Assembly: GCA_026023565.1 (NCBI GenBank)
Contig: JAPETS010000022.1
Location: forward strand, 186,001 to 250,000
Source of the DNA: Cirrosporium novae-zelandiae
Lineage: Eukaryota
DNA length: 64,000 nt
Reading direction: 5' to 3'
Part shown: positions 1-11,766 of the stretch, in pieces
How positions within the stretch are numbered: position 1 is the first letter of the stretch
Layout: each line of letters starts with the position of its first letter
Notes under the pieces: model-generated
The model's database searches: none
The model's input: the letters and a program-made list of their open reading frames with translations, nothing else
Told to the model about the DNA's origin: nothing
Made by a program: the position numbers and the translations under genes

Positions 1-825
1 ATAATTACGTCTAGTATTGATACTACTTGTACTATTTGGGATATGCCCACGCTGACAGCAAAAACGCAGCTGATTGCTCACGATAAAGAAGTTTTTGACG
101 TTCGTTTCTGTGCAAACAGTACAGAGGTTTTTGCTAGCTGTGGTGCAGACGGAAGCGTTCGTATGTTTGATTTGCGGAGCTTGGAGCATAGTACAATTAT
201 ATATGAACCATCAGAAAAGCCAGATAAGGGTAACCTGGTCTCCATAAACATCTTAATGGACCTATATCTGACTCCAGAACAGGCTCCGGACATTCTAGTC
301 CGACTACTCAACAACAGACTTTGACGCATGCTCCTCCTCTTCTTCGTTTGGCTGGTTCGTAATTACTGATCCCTAATGTTTTGGTCCGCTCTAACAATGC
401 AAGCAGCCTCTCCCCACGACGCACATATGCTCGCTACTTTCTCGCAAGACTCGAATGTAATTCGTGTATTAGATGTTCGACAGCCAGGACAGGCTTTACT
501 TGAGCTCCGAGGTCATGGCGCAAATGTAAACTGTATCGAGTGGTCTCCGTCACGGCGCGGGACCCTTGCGTCAGGCGCTGATGATTGTCAGGTCCTCATC
601 TGGGACCTTCTAACTCAAAGTACCTCTAGCGCTCCAGCTGCTGGGCCAAACGGTATGCATTCAGGACAAGCAGCTTCACAGGCGGAGCGGGGTCCCATTG
701 CATCCTGGCAGTGTTACTATGAGGTTGGAAATATCAGCTGGGCCCCTCAGACACCGCTATCACGGCAGAGTGGTGATAGGCTTGGAGTTGTGGGAGGGAG
801 AGGGCTCTGGGGGGTATCATTGTAA
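1..825 (+). CDS. WD40-repeat protein, DCAF7/WDR68/AN11 family (3' part; gene starts before the window)
   Basis: Family-typical peptides [64 protein letters not shown]. Introns 230-282 and about 355-406 join the ORF pieces in frame (..KPDK-GSGH..LLRLA-ASPHD..). Confidence 0.9.
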
Positions 826-1304
826 TTGCAATTTTTATCATTTGCATCCAGGGCCATTCCTGCCTCGGAACATTTCGGTCATAGCGCAGCCAGGTTGAGC
901 AGATTCATATTGATGAAGCGCGGCGTTTGGGTTCAATGAGGATGGATCTGAGTATTTGTTTCATATCATGATGAGGAAGAATGGGAAGTCAAGGCACGTC
1001 AGAAATTGAGTCACGGTCTTATATACTCAAATAGAGAAAAAGTAACGTGGGAGGATGGGTAGGGATTCAGATTGGACATGCTGCCGATGTGGGCTGTTCT
1101 TTTGAAATATTGTCCTATGCTTGTGATGGATTTTGTTGTATGTGATTTCTTTTATTTTTGTCAGGATGTAATATTAGGATGATATATGCCATGCAATAGA
1201 CCGGGTCAGGGATCCAAGGGGATGAATATAAATGTATTGCACAGCATGTAATTGGTTATGTGTGGGAACCTCGGCAAACCTACGCATAAGTTATGCATAA
1301 CTGT

Positions 1305-1362
1305 TGATGCCTTGCTTAATGTCTTGCTTAATGCCTTGATGCCTTGGTGCCTTGATGCCTTC
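1305..1362. repeat. Short degenerate tandem repeat (ATGCCTTG-like core, about 6 copies)
   Basis: tgatgccttg cttaatgtcttg cttaatgccttg atgccttg gtgccttg atgccttc, upstream of the Atg28-like gene. Confidence 0.75.
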
Positions 1363-1574
1363 AAATATCGTCATTCCCCAACTGAAGCTGTCCTGGTGAC
1401 AGCCCTATCTATCTATTCGCTTCTTCGTGTCTCACATGCAATTCAGATAACCGTCAGCATTCTTCACTGCTTATAGGAATGTCATCTTCATTCTATCCCC
1501 CCTCAACTTTATAGGCCAGCTTTCGCTTTCTCATCATTACTCGAGGCCACTAATACCTGTTGCTACTGTACACC

Positions 1575-3044
1575 ATGGCTACCGCTCCAACTCCTACGGA
1601 TCGACTCCACTACATCTCCTCACAGCAACACTTTCTCGAAGAACAAATACAATCTCTCCTAGACGCCCAATCAGATGGTCTTCTCGCAGGACTGGGTCGT
1701 CCTCCGTCGCCATCCCCATCTCCATCCCTCCCAGCTTCCACTACAACGGCGAACACAACTGCCTCTTTAATTCCTCCTCCTATCACTGCCTCGACTTACG
1801 CTTTGGCTCCAATACCAACTCCTTCGCCCAAAAGAAAACAGAAACATGTTTCGCTCAATACAGCACGAACGTCCCTCCTTTCATCACTTCACCACCTTTC
1901 AAGTCTTTCAACGGCTCGTCTGCAAGCTCTGGCTTCTCTTCTTTCCTCCCGAAATACAGCCCTCAATATGCTTGACTCCCTCACTTCTCAACGAGAGACC
2001 CTCCAGTCCTCCATATCTGCCATTTCTTCTTCTCCCGCAAGCACACGTGCTCATGGGCTCGGTCAACAGGTTCAGAATATAGATAACGAGATCCGGGAAT
2101 TGGAGGAACAACTGGCAATGCTAAAAGTTAAACGACGGCGATTAGCACATGAAAAGGAGAAGGAGGAGAGTAAAGCTCAGGCAGAGATATCTTCCTATCG
2201 TGCCTCTCTCTCCCTGCTCGAAAACAAAATAACTAAATTCCTTGCCCACCCCCCGGTCACTCGCCTTGAACCCAACATAGTCACTACTGGCATTCCTTTG
2301 AAATCAGACCAAAACGAGAATGATACCCAGGGGTTTTACGTTCTCATAGCTAAACGTCGTACCCTTGAAATGGCACGTACTACATTCACCGACGAGAAAC
2401 AGACGCTCGAGTCCGCTATCAAAGCTACTGAAACGGAACGGACCGCGTTGCAAGAAGGTACCGAATTATGGGCATCTTGTATCAAAGACATCAAAAACTT
2501 TGAAAAGAAACTCCGCCAGGAGATAAGAAAACTAACAGCTCATCCACTCTCCAATTCCAACCCTGGATCTATGCCCGTAGATGAAGAGGACGCCGAGACG
2601 AAACTAAAAAACTTGTTAACCGAAATGGACGCAGTCCTAAAGACACTCGAGGACAGACATAACAAAGCCGTCAGCAACGGCTGGAAGCTCCTCGACGTAG
2701 CCATCGGTGCCGAGGTCGAAGCCTTTAGGGAAGGAAAAGAACTCCTCGAGGAGCTGATTAGCACACCATACGCATCAGCATCCACCCATCAACCACCAAA
2801 AGTGGAAAACAGTATTGAAACGGAGGAGGAAAATGCGGGGATCGCGGCCTGGGATGCCGCCCTCGAGGACGGTCAATTGAAACTAAAAAGTGATGGTGCA
2901 GATGATGGCGGTAGTTTCAATACGGAGGCCGAGGGGGGGTTGGCTGGTAGAGATCAGCAAGCCACTCCGACTGAAGGGACAGAAACGGATACCGAGGATG
3001 ATGAGCCCGGCCCGGCGTTCTTGGTTACACACATAGAGGACTGA
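1575..3044 (+). CDS. Coiled-coil protein resembling fungal autophagy-related protein Atg28
   Basis: Single long ORF with first ATG at 1575. Motifs IQSLLDAQSDGLLAGLG and GWKLLDVAIGAEVEAFREG are recalled from Pezizomycotina proteins annotated Atg28. Long heptad regions and an acidic tail. Confidence 0.6.
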   Translation: MATAPTPTDRLHYISSQQHFLEEQIQSLLDAQSDGLLAGLGRPPSPSPSPSLPASTTTANTTASLIPPPITASTYALAPIPTPSPKRKQKHVSLNTARTSLLSSLHHLSSLSTARLQALASLLSSRNTALNMLDSLTSQRETLQSSISAISSSPASTRAHGLGQQVQNIDNEIRELEEQLAMLKVKRRRLAHEKEKEESKAQAEISSYRASLSLLENKITKFLAHPPVTRLEPNIVTTGIPLKSDQNENDTQGFYVLIAKRRTLEMARTTFTDEKQTLESAIKATETERTALQEGTELWASCIKDIKNFEKKLRQEIRKLTAHPLSNSNPGSMPVDEEDAETKLKNLLTEMDAVLKTLEDRHNKAVSNGWKLLDVAIGAEVEAFREGKELLEELISTPYASASTHQPPKVENSIETEEENAGIAAWDAALEDGQLKLKSDGADDGGSFNTEAEGGLAGRDQQATPTEGTETDTEDDEPGPAFLVTHIED

Positions 3045-3154
3045 ATATCATGAAAGATAATATGAACAAGACTGAAACGAAGTCATGGTCATTTATATGT
3101 TTTATGATTATCAATGCTTGTAAGATCTGTCTAGGGTTTCAATGGAGGGAGGGA

Positions 3155-3305
3155 GGAGCCGAGCCAAGTCGAGCCGAGTTGAACCGAATTGGACGGACGG
3201 ACTGATTGATTGATTGAACTGATTGATACCCTTGGACACTTATATTGGTTGGGTCAAACGAACGAACGAACTCAACTGACCGACTAAACTGAACTCAACT
3301 GATTG
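3155..3305. repeat. Compound microsatellite (GAGCC, GGAC, GATT, GAAC, ACTGA units)
   Basis: Directly visible short tandem units in the convergent intergenic region. Confidence 0.8.
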
Positions 3306-3727
3306 TATGAACATAACCTAGCGGCAAATTACGTGACATTATTCTAAAAAAACATACTATACTACACTTTAGGTACTTTGATAACATAATACTTTAATGA
3401 AAGTTTAGATCCGACTGAATGTGCGAAGGGATGAATGAAGGGGTTCTATGGAGGGAGGGGGTTGATCTCATGGATAGAAAATATCTGAATAAGGATAAGA
3501 TATAGCTATCCGTATGTGTACAGAACCTAGGAAGACAACAAGCAACTAAATTTCTAATTTCCCATGCCTATCCCATCCCCATCTCACGCTTTAAGCTTAG
3601 TTTAATTCAGCCCAGTCCAGCCCAGTTCAGTTCATCAAAACTTCATAAATAAATGAATGGAACAAAACGCCTTTCCTGTTCCCCCTTCCCTATTCCCCAG
3701 CCCAAAAGCAACCCCCCCCTCAAATAC

Positions 3728-6689
3728 CTAGCCCCTCCCTTCCAAAACCCCCGCCGCTCTTTCCAAAAACGAATTAAACTCCCTAACTCTCTCCAACATT
3801 CCCCCCTCCCCCCCACCCTCCCCACCACGCAAATCCCCCACAACATCCTTGATTAAAAATTCCAATCCCACTCCCCCTATCCCTACCCCTTCCCCACCAC
3901 CCCCCTTCTCCCCACTCTTCTTCCCCTTCCCATCCCCCGCCCTCATCCTCCCCCTCATAACAGCAATATCAATATCATGCAACGCGTTATTAAGATCGAG
4001 ATCTAGCTGGACCTGTTTCGTTTTTTGGATGTGTGTGTGGCGGAGTTGTGAGGTTTCGAGGAGGAGGGCGTGGTGCTGGGAGCGGAGGTCGAGGAGGGAG
4101 GATTGGAGGGTAGATTTTTGTTTTAGGGATTGTTTTAGGCGGGTTGAGAGGGCTTGGTTGGCGTCTAGGGTTGTGGTCTAGAGGGGTTGAGTTGTTAATT
4201 GGGGGGGTTTTTTTTTGCTTTCTAAGGGGGAGGGGGGGCGGAGGGGATGTATGTGTGGATTTGTAATTTGTGGGGAAGGGAAATCAATCATACCATTTCA
4301 AAGAACTGCGTATCAAGTTCCTCTCCAAAATCCTCCAGGGCCTTGATTTTCCGGATCCATTCTTTCCGTTTACTGCGGGCATCCTCGTTCTGCGCAACTG
4401 TTCGAAGGGTCGTAACGGTTTTTTCGATTTGCTCCCGACAGAATTGGCCCAGCACGTCGATGGCGTTGACACCACCGCGCTTCGGGAACGGGGCTGGGAT
4501 GTTAAGAATTTCTTCGTTGTTTTCGTTTTCGTCTTCGCTCTGCTCGAAGATGGTTGAGAGGTTGGTGAATCGCTGGACCGTGACGGGAAAGCCTCCTCCT
4601 TTTCTTGTCTTTTTGTTTCCGTTATCGTCCTCCTGGGTGTCTTCGGAGGAATTGGAGGGACGGGCTTTACGTGGACGGGAAACAGGTTGTGATGGCTGAA
4701 CCGGTTGTGATGGCTGGAGCTCCAATTCAGGCATTGGCATACCCTTAGCTCGGCGGCCTTTTTTGCGAGCTTTTGCCCCAGATGGCAAGGGGCTGTTGGT
4801 GGACGCCATCTGAAGCGGTTTACGCGAAGGTTTGGGCTCAGATGGTGCTTCTGCCATCTCTTTATCGGCTTGTTCTTCAGCTTGCTCTTCGGCCGCAGCC
4901 TCGTCTGCTGGGGATTTCCGTTTCCTACCCCGGGTTTTTTGCGGTTTAACGGGAGGAGGAGACTGTTCTTCTGACCTAGCTTCCGCTTCATCTACCTCTT
5001 TGGAAGGCCCTTCTAAAATTTCGGGGGTTTCTCCATCCTTGTGAACGACTAGTTTGCGTTTTCGCCCTCTTCGTTTCTCCTGTTTTTGGGCTGGTTGCTG
5101 AGGTTCGGGTAAATCGTCCTCATTTTCGTTCCTTTCCTTGCGCTTCAAATTTTTGGTGATGGGTCTGTCTTCAACTGCTGGATCGGCTATATCGGCATGT
5201 TCGTTTTCTCTTCCTTGGTCTTGGTCATTTTCGAGCTCCTCCGAGTTCTCTAGATTCTGTTCCTGCTCGAGACTTGACCTCTTCCGCTGCTTGACATTCT
5301 GTACTATGGATTTGCGCTTCTTGCGCTTCTTTCGTCCTAATTGTGGTGATTGCTCGTTTTCAGGACTGGGCATTGTTTCTATAGGCTCCGGTTCTACCTC
5401 ATATTCAATTACCGCATCCTCTTGATCATTCGAAGCATTATGCCCTTCAACCACATTATCGGCATGGTCATCCGTTTCTTCTTGCTGGATATCACTACTT
5501 CTGTTGGGTTTTTTCTTAACGACTTGTCGAGTAGACTTCTGCTTCTGTCGTTTCTTTTGTGCCGCTTGCTGCAGCGAACTTTGGGTATCAAGCGAGGGCT
5601 GCTCTGGATTCCCATCGTCGTCTCTATCGACCTCGACAGCTTCGTCCGCATTACTTTCCTCTATCGGCTGTCGGTCAGTTACTGGCCCAAGCAATGAGTC
5701 GTTTGAAAGGTCTTGATCAAGTGGCTCGGCCTCTGCGTTGGGGTCTGCATTTTGTTCTTCTTCAGCAACATCTTCAGCAACATCTTCCTCCATATTTTGC
5801 TCAAGTGCTTCATGTTCATTTTCAGGCTCATTTTCCGGTTCCTTTTCAGGTTCATCGTCAAGCGCATTGTCAGGCGCATTGTCAGGCGCATTGTCAGGTA
5901 CATTTTCAGGCTCATTTTCAGGCTCATCTTCAGGTCCATCTTCAAGTCCATCCAGCGGAGCAAATCGATTGGGTTGCGTAATGACCTGCTGTATAGACTT
6001 TCGTTTCTCATACTCCCCAGGCTCCCCTTGTGCCTGTTCCTGCTGTTTCTTAGTAGCGCTAGCTCGGATAACGAGTTCGGTAGTGAGCTGCGAAGAGGCA
6101 TCATCCAGGCCTTGGTCCCCTAGGTCTGTAACAGGTTGTTCCTCTTGAACGATATCAGGCTGTGGTTCCGTAATAGCTTCAGGTTGCGCTTCCTCATTTT
6201 TCCTAGACGTAGGCGAGCTGATAATTTGTTGAAGGTGTTGGATCTGTTCTGGGCTAGGACCTAATTGGCTATCAGTTAGGATTCTTGCATAGCATCTTAG
6301 ATAGTAGATTACTGACCATTTATTCTTCTCCTCTTACTTCCCCTCACGCTTCCTCCCCCAGCCTCCTCCTGCCCTGGTAAATCATATATTGACGTCCGCG
6401 CTGGTGTTGCGGTCCTTGAATTGGACCTCGTATTTCTCGCCGAAGATCCGGGCCGAGAAAGCTTTCCGTCATTATTAGACACCGGTGTCTTCCTAGCAGA
6501 ACCCTGCGACTGCGAAATCCGTTGTTCAGCCATCGGGGTCGTCTCTCTCGAAGCTCGTTGTCTCGGTTGTAAAGCAGCCGGAGCTGACGATGATGGAATG
6601 GTAAGGCCGAAATTGAATGTCTTTTGAACTCTATTGCCGGCGCCTCGTTGGCGCATGAGATGGCGCTCCTCGCGCGTTGGAGGGGCCAT
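3728..6689 (-). CDS. Inner kinetochore protein, CENP-U/Ame1-like
   Basis: Exons about 6689-6317, 6260-4294 and 4177-3728 join in frame via GT-AG introns. A long acidic/disordered N-terminus is followed by the conserved GGVNAIDVLGQFCRE..KALEDFGEELDTQFFEM-TTTLDAN..LERVREFNSFLERAAGVLE region. Confidence 0.72.
5760..5946 (-). repeat. In-frame 12-bp tandem repeat in CENP-U-like CDS (PENE/PDNA/AEDV tetrapeptides)
   Basis: + strand cattttcaggct / cattgtcaggcg units, about 10 copies. Confidence 0.85.
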
Positions 6690-6739
6690 TGTGGAACTGA
6701 GGGGTTGATGTAAATTGATGGAGAGTTGGATCGATGAAA

Positions 6740-6775
6740 GTCGCGTTTATTGTCTGGGGTAGAGAAGAACGCGAC
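6740..6775. promoter_or_regulatory. Inverted pair of MCB-like (ACGCG) elements in the divergent promoter
   Basis: GTCGCGTT (6740-6747) and AACGCGAC (6768-6775) are a perfect 8-bp inverted repeat, 50-86 bp upstream of the kinetochore gene ATG. Confidence 0.5.
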
Positions 6776-7004
6776 GGGATCGATAAGTTCGATAGCACAA
6801 CCGAGCCAGAAGCTTTCAGCTTCTCCGCTCGAAAATCAGAGCCAACGGCCAGCGAAACTTCAATTGAACCTCTCCACTCTTCAATTCATCATAACACTTC
6901 TCAATACAAACATAGGTCGAGCAATTCTCTTAATAAAACTATTTCATACGTCCGAATTCTATAAACACCCGAAATTCCTACCCTACCTTCACAACCAATT
7001 CCCA

Positions 7005-8115
7005 ATGGGCTGGTTCTGGGGCTCCTCTTCGTCATCCGATCAAAATGATCCCACCAAAAACCTCGACCCCAGTCTAAAAGAATTTCTTGAAAAAGAATCC
7101 CCTTCAAATACGCCTCCTCCCAAGCCATCAAAAACGACCGAACCCCCCTCCCCCTATCGCGACCAAATCCTCCCCCCAACTCCTGCTCCCACCTCCGCCC
7201 CTCACGACCCCTCCTCCACAGCCCCAAGTGTTCCTCCGCAATCGCAATTCCCAGATGGCCGTTACGCCCACCTATGGAAGACCTATAAGCCTCTAGCTGA
7301 CATAGAAGCGTCCTCGAAAACCAACCAAGACAAGCTGCTCGATGTGCTGGAGGGGTATAAAGGCCGGAGAGCGGAGATCGGGAGGGCCGCGCTGGAGAAT
7401 TGCGCTTTGGAGCAAAGTGCTGTCAGCGACTGTTTTATGAATGGCGGGTGGAAATCCAGGATGACCATGTGTCGGGCCGAAAACAGGAGTTTCGAAAGAT
7501 GTTATATGATGCAATCAGTAAGAGCTCTCTCTCTTTTCCTATTTCATTACATTGAAAACACGCCAGAATCCGAAAACGAAACAAAATAGATAGGACTATA
7601 CTAATCCCCCCCCCCTCATCTAGAAATTCCTCAAAGCCCTTGGCTACCTTAGCATGTCCAATTCCCCCGAACAAAACGAGCGCATCCAAATGCACGCCGA
7701 TACCCTATACCACCGAATGATCGACCAAGAAAAAGCCACCGAAGAAGCCAAAGCCGCTGGCCTCCCTACCCCATCCTTCCCCCCAATAATATCGCCCTCC
7801 TCCTCCCAAACAAACTCCACATCCCCATCCCCATCTCAAACCCCAACCCAAGACCTCCCCCCCTCCCCCCCTCCCTCCGCCTCCCTACCCGAAGAAATGA
7901 AAGCCCAACTCACAACCCCACTCGAGAGTCTATCCCCGGAAGAAAGGGTACTAGAAGAAGCGGCCATCAAAGCGCAGCTGCAAGCAGAGTTGGATGTACA
8001 TAAGAAGCTTGGGAAATATTATGAAAATGCGCGGAGGACGACGGAACAGAGACAGGAACGATTAAGGAAAAAGTTTGGGGATCAGGTGGCTAGTTGGTTG
8101 GGCGGATGGTGGTAG
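7005..8115 (+). CDS. Conserved fungal hypothetical protein with a twin CX9C motif
   Basis: ATG 7005 (MGWFWGSS). Intron 7518-7623 gives ..CYMMQS-KFLKALGYL... Motif C-ALEQSAVSD-C..C-RAENRSFER-C. Ends SWLGGWW. Confidence 0.8.
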
Positions 8116-8782
8116 TAAATAAATAAATATGGAGAAAGATGGATTCTTTTCTAATTATAGGTTTTACGTGGTTTTTTTTTTTTTTTCATTTAGGAAAGGG
8201 GGTCATTGGGAGGATTCCTGGGAGCTATATCTATATCACCCAAGACGTTTGGCGGGATTTGAGGGCCTTGCTAGAAAAATAAAAACAGGCGCAAGATGAA
8301 AATAGCTGATGTTATACTACCTTGTATGAAATGACCCATTCCCATATGCAACATTCTCCAAGTCCTAGTAACAAAAAAAGTAATGCCAGTTATCATTATA
8401 TTTTGGAATAATATTATACTATACCCATCTAACATGTGATTACCCTTTGGAAAGCCCCCTGCGCCTATTGAGTGCTTGCAGGATAAAAGAGGGAGAGATG
8501 ACAAAGCCCGGTCGATTTTCCCCTTTGTGGTTTGGGTAGATATCTCCTTGCTTTCCCTACGCACTTTCTGTGCGTGAACGCTGAACGCTTCATACAATGT
8601 GGTGAAAAGTGTGACCCATATGCGTCCATTTCATAGGTTGCTTACACCACCACTTTAAAACCCTTCTCGACCAACAAGTAACTCGTAAAATATGACACGG
8701 AAACAAAATTGCCAAGCAAACGCCAATGATAAATTATTAAACTCCTTCCCCCTCTTCTCTAACAGATTTCTCCTGAAATAGT

Positions 8783-11086
8783 TTAGGGCCACGGCTGCCC
8801 AGCTGGCTGTCCCTGTCTTGGAAACACTGGCATAGTTGGTATACTTTCAGGATTGAATCCACCCAGAGTACCCGTTGGTTGCTGTGTCTGAAACATGCTC
8901 TGCCGGAAGGGATTTGTGCTTCCTGTAGGTTGAGCTTGTAAGGGTTGTTGTACTGGCTGCGGAGAATACGACTTGGCAAAGGGGTTTGTGCCTGTCTTTG
9001 TGGGCTGAAGAGGTGCAGGTGGCTGTACTTGGATTTGAGGAGGTTGTGGTGGGCTTGATTGGAAGGGAGATGGAGACCCAGAGAATGAGCTTTGAGGGGG
9101 TTGTGGGGAGGGTGTAGCGGGTTGACTATGTTTTGCGAAAGGATTTGTTGATTGGCGGCTGAGGGAAATCGGGGAGGTTTGTTGCGAAGGTTGGAACGGA
9201 GAACCAGTGGCTTGTGGCATCACAGATTTACGGAAAGGATTGGTGGATTGAGGGTCTTGAGCTTGGAGTTGGGGTTGGGGAGCAGGTTGCTGAGCAGATG
9301 AAAATGATGCTACGACACCGTTTTCTGGTATGCTTGCAAACCCCGTATTCTGAAAACCAAAAGGCTGCAGTTGAGGTTGTGGAGTGTAACCTCCAAACCC
9401 AGCACCAGTAAAGTCAGGTTGCAAGGGTTGAGGTGGTGGTTGAAGTTGTTGCGGTTGGGGCTGTCCGAACGGATTCGTACTTTGAGAAAATGCATTGTCC
9501 CAAGGTTGCTGGGGGGCCTGTTGCTGCTGAGTTGGAAATCCAGTGGGCTGTGGACCAAAACCTACTTGTTGGAACGGTTGTTGAGGCATTTGTTGGAAGC
9601 CTGGACCTTGTTGAGTAGCCTGCTGGGTCATAGGTTGCTGGTTGTTCTCTATAGATTCGAAGAAATCAATGAGATCTGGGGCAGGACCTTTGGCCGGCTG
9701 CGATGGTGAGGAGAACCCTGCTGGTTTAGGAGGATCAGGAAAGTCCGAAGCTGCAGCTGTAGATTTGCCAGAAGACTTTGGAGGCTCGGATTTCTTGCTA
9801 CTATTCTTTAAATTCCGTCCACTCTTCTTAGCTTCCTGTTGAGCTAGGTATTGCCGTCTATTGAGCTCAAAGTCAGGATCATTAATGTATTCCTCAAGAG
9901 AATGGGTCAGGCCCGTCGGCGCATGTTTGAGCTTTGGAATTTCAAGCCGAGTTGCCTGTTCGTATTCTCTTGCAAAACTTAAGAATTGAACAACTTGGTC
10001 TGTTTGTTTCGCAAAAGTTATATATATCTCCAGCGCCCTCTCGGCATCATATTTGGACATTTCGAAGTAATGTTCTTAAAAAATGTAAGCACTCTGGTAG
10101 AATTTGTTGCAATGTAAACTCACCCAAAACGTTGATCGTTCCTTCGTTCATCACGGCGTAGAGAGCAAGCAAGTCCATCGTAACTAATCGGAAGGCCGTA
10201 AGAGTAATTTCGTTCTCCGGTTCATCTTTAAAAAACTATCCGGCATATTGGTCAGTTCCATCTCCATCGATAAACGAATATTTCACTCACATCGCATTTA
10301 ACCAGGGCCCGTATTTGAGATTGGACGCTCTCCGTCTCTCTTAGCAGTCCTTTATCTACGGATAGCCGCTTTAACCGCCCCTCTCCGGAACGGACATGAT
10401 CTAATTTCGTATCATGGAATGATCGCGCTCGTGTCACAAGATATTCGGAATAATGTCTGATATTGGCACCTTGAACCTGGACTGCTTGGCCATGCTTGAT
10501 CAGCACAGCATCCAATAGGTTGCCTGCGATGTTTCACCAAGGCATCAACGAACCCGTACGCAGGACGAGCCGCAAGCATTTATAATCTTCCCAGCACCCA
10601 GAAAACATTCCAAGGATGGATCATACGCACCATCAGAGAAACCACTAATCGCCAGGTTTCGAGGCGATTCAGAAAGGTATTTTAGTGTCACATTCGGTTC
10701 CCCCTCTCTAATCATCAAGTGAACTATAATGAGCGATTTGAAGACAACTGTCCACGTCGAATCTCGAAGACGATGTTGCATGGTGCGAAAGATTTCAGCG
10801 ACGCCGGCCTCACCGGCATGAGTGGCAACGAGAATGTGTTCGACATATTTGGATTTCGGCGCTGCAAGCTACCGCAGGAAACAGTCAGCTTTAGAAATGC
10901 GTAAAATTGAAAGGCGTCGTTTGTATATAATGAACCTGGGCTCGCACGCCCTCCCAAACAATTGACCTTCTCGCATATATATCGAGATCCTCCTTTGACG
11001 CATATATTCTCAAACACGTGAAAAGGCTATGAACTAACCTTAACTTTGGTTCCGCCTTTAACGGACTTCTCAAAAGAGCTGGACAT
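8783..11086 (-). CDS. ANTH-domain clathrin adaptor (AP180/PICALM, Yap1801/Yap1802-like)
   Basis: MSSSFEKSVKGGTKVK-LAAPKSKYVEHIL, RLRDSTWTVVFKSLIIVHLMIREG, clathrin-box-like DLIDFF and multiple TNPF motifs in a Q/P-rich tail. Several introns, the first at 11038-10869. Confidence 0.92.
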
Positions 11087-11766
11087 TACTCAAGCGGGGG
11101 GGTCAATGACGACCAAATAAACGTAGAGTCTTTGTTGCGGTGACGATGATGCGTAGGCTTTCAAGTTCGTGGAGAGACAATGTTTCTGAGTAGTATGGGT
11201 AGTATTTGAATTCAATATTCATTGCTTGGGCTATGCCCTCCAATCAGAATCCCATTATTGTTTAACCATGTTTGTAGCTCGTAGTTTGCTGCTTGACAGG
11301 GAGTAGTTAATTTGTATGACGAAGGATGGATTGAGTTGGGCACCAGTAGAATGTGTTTGGGTAAAGAGTGACGAGGATGATGAAGTGATAGTGTGTGGAT
11401 GCCGGGAGGAGGAAGAAGGGAAGGAAGGCCAAGATGGGCAGACTAGTTATGCGATTAATTAATGATATTTCCTGAGAAGTTATGAAGTTGGGATTAATTA
11501 TTTGAAAGACAATACTGTGGTAGATTGATTGAAGCTAATCATACTTAGCCACGGTGACACGCAGTTACTTTTGCCGATCCGACATCATCGTCACAGCCGC
11601 AAATGCTCTTTTTTCTAATTACAACCTAACTTTGAGGGTTGAGGGTTTGCAATATCCACCTGACTCGCAAGCAAAAGCTTTGATAGATCTGAAGGAAAAT
11701 CGGATAAATAATAGCTACCCTGCTTGATCCTGCCGAACAACATCAAAGCCTAATATCCATCCAAAA

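Noticed and set aside
5559..6148. Several overlapping repetitive ORFs on both strands
   Set aside because: Shadow frames of the 12-bp coding repeat inside the CENP-U-like exon.
6750..7004. N-terminal extension of the 279-aa ORF
   Set aside because: Starts at a non-ATG codon in the bidirectional promoter; the family-like start is MGWFWG at 7005.
10482..10630. Stwintron (nested intron) in the AP180 gene
   Set aside because: Only one convincing branch point/acceptor, and no split donor is reconstituted.
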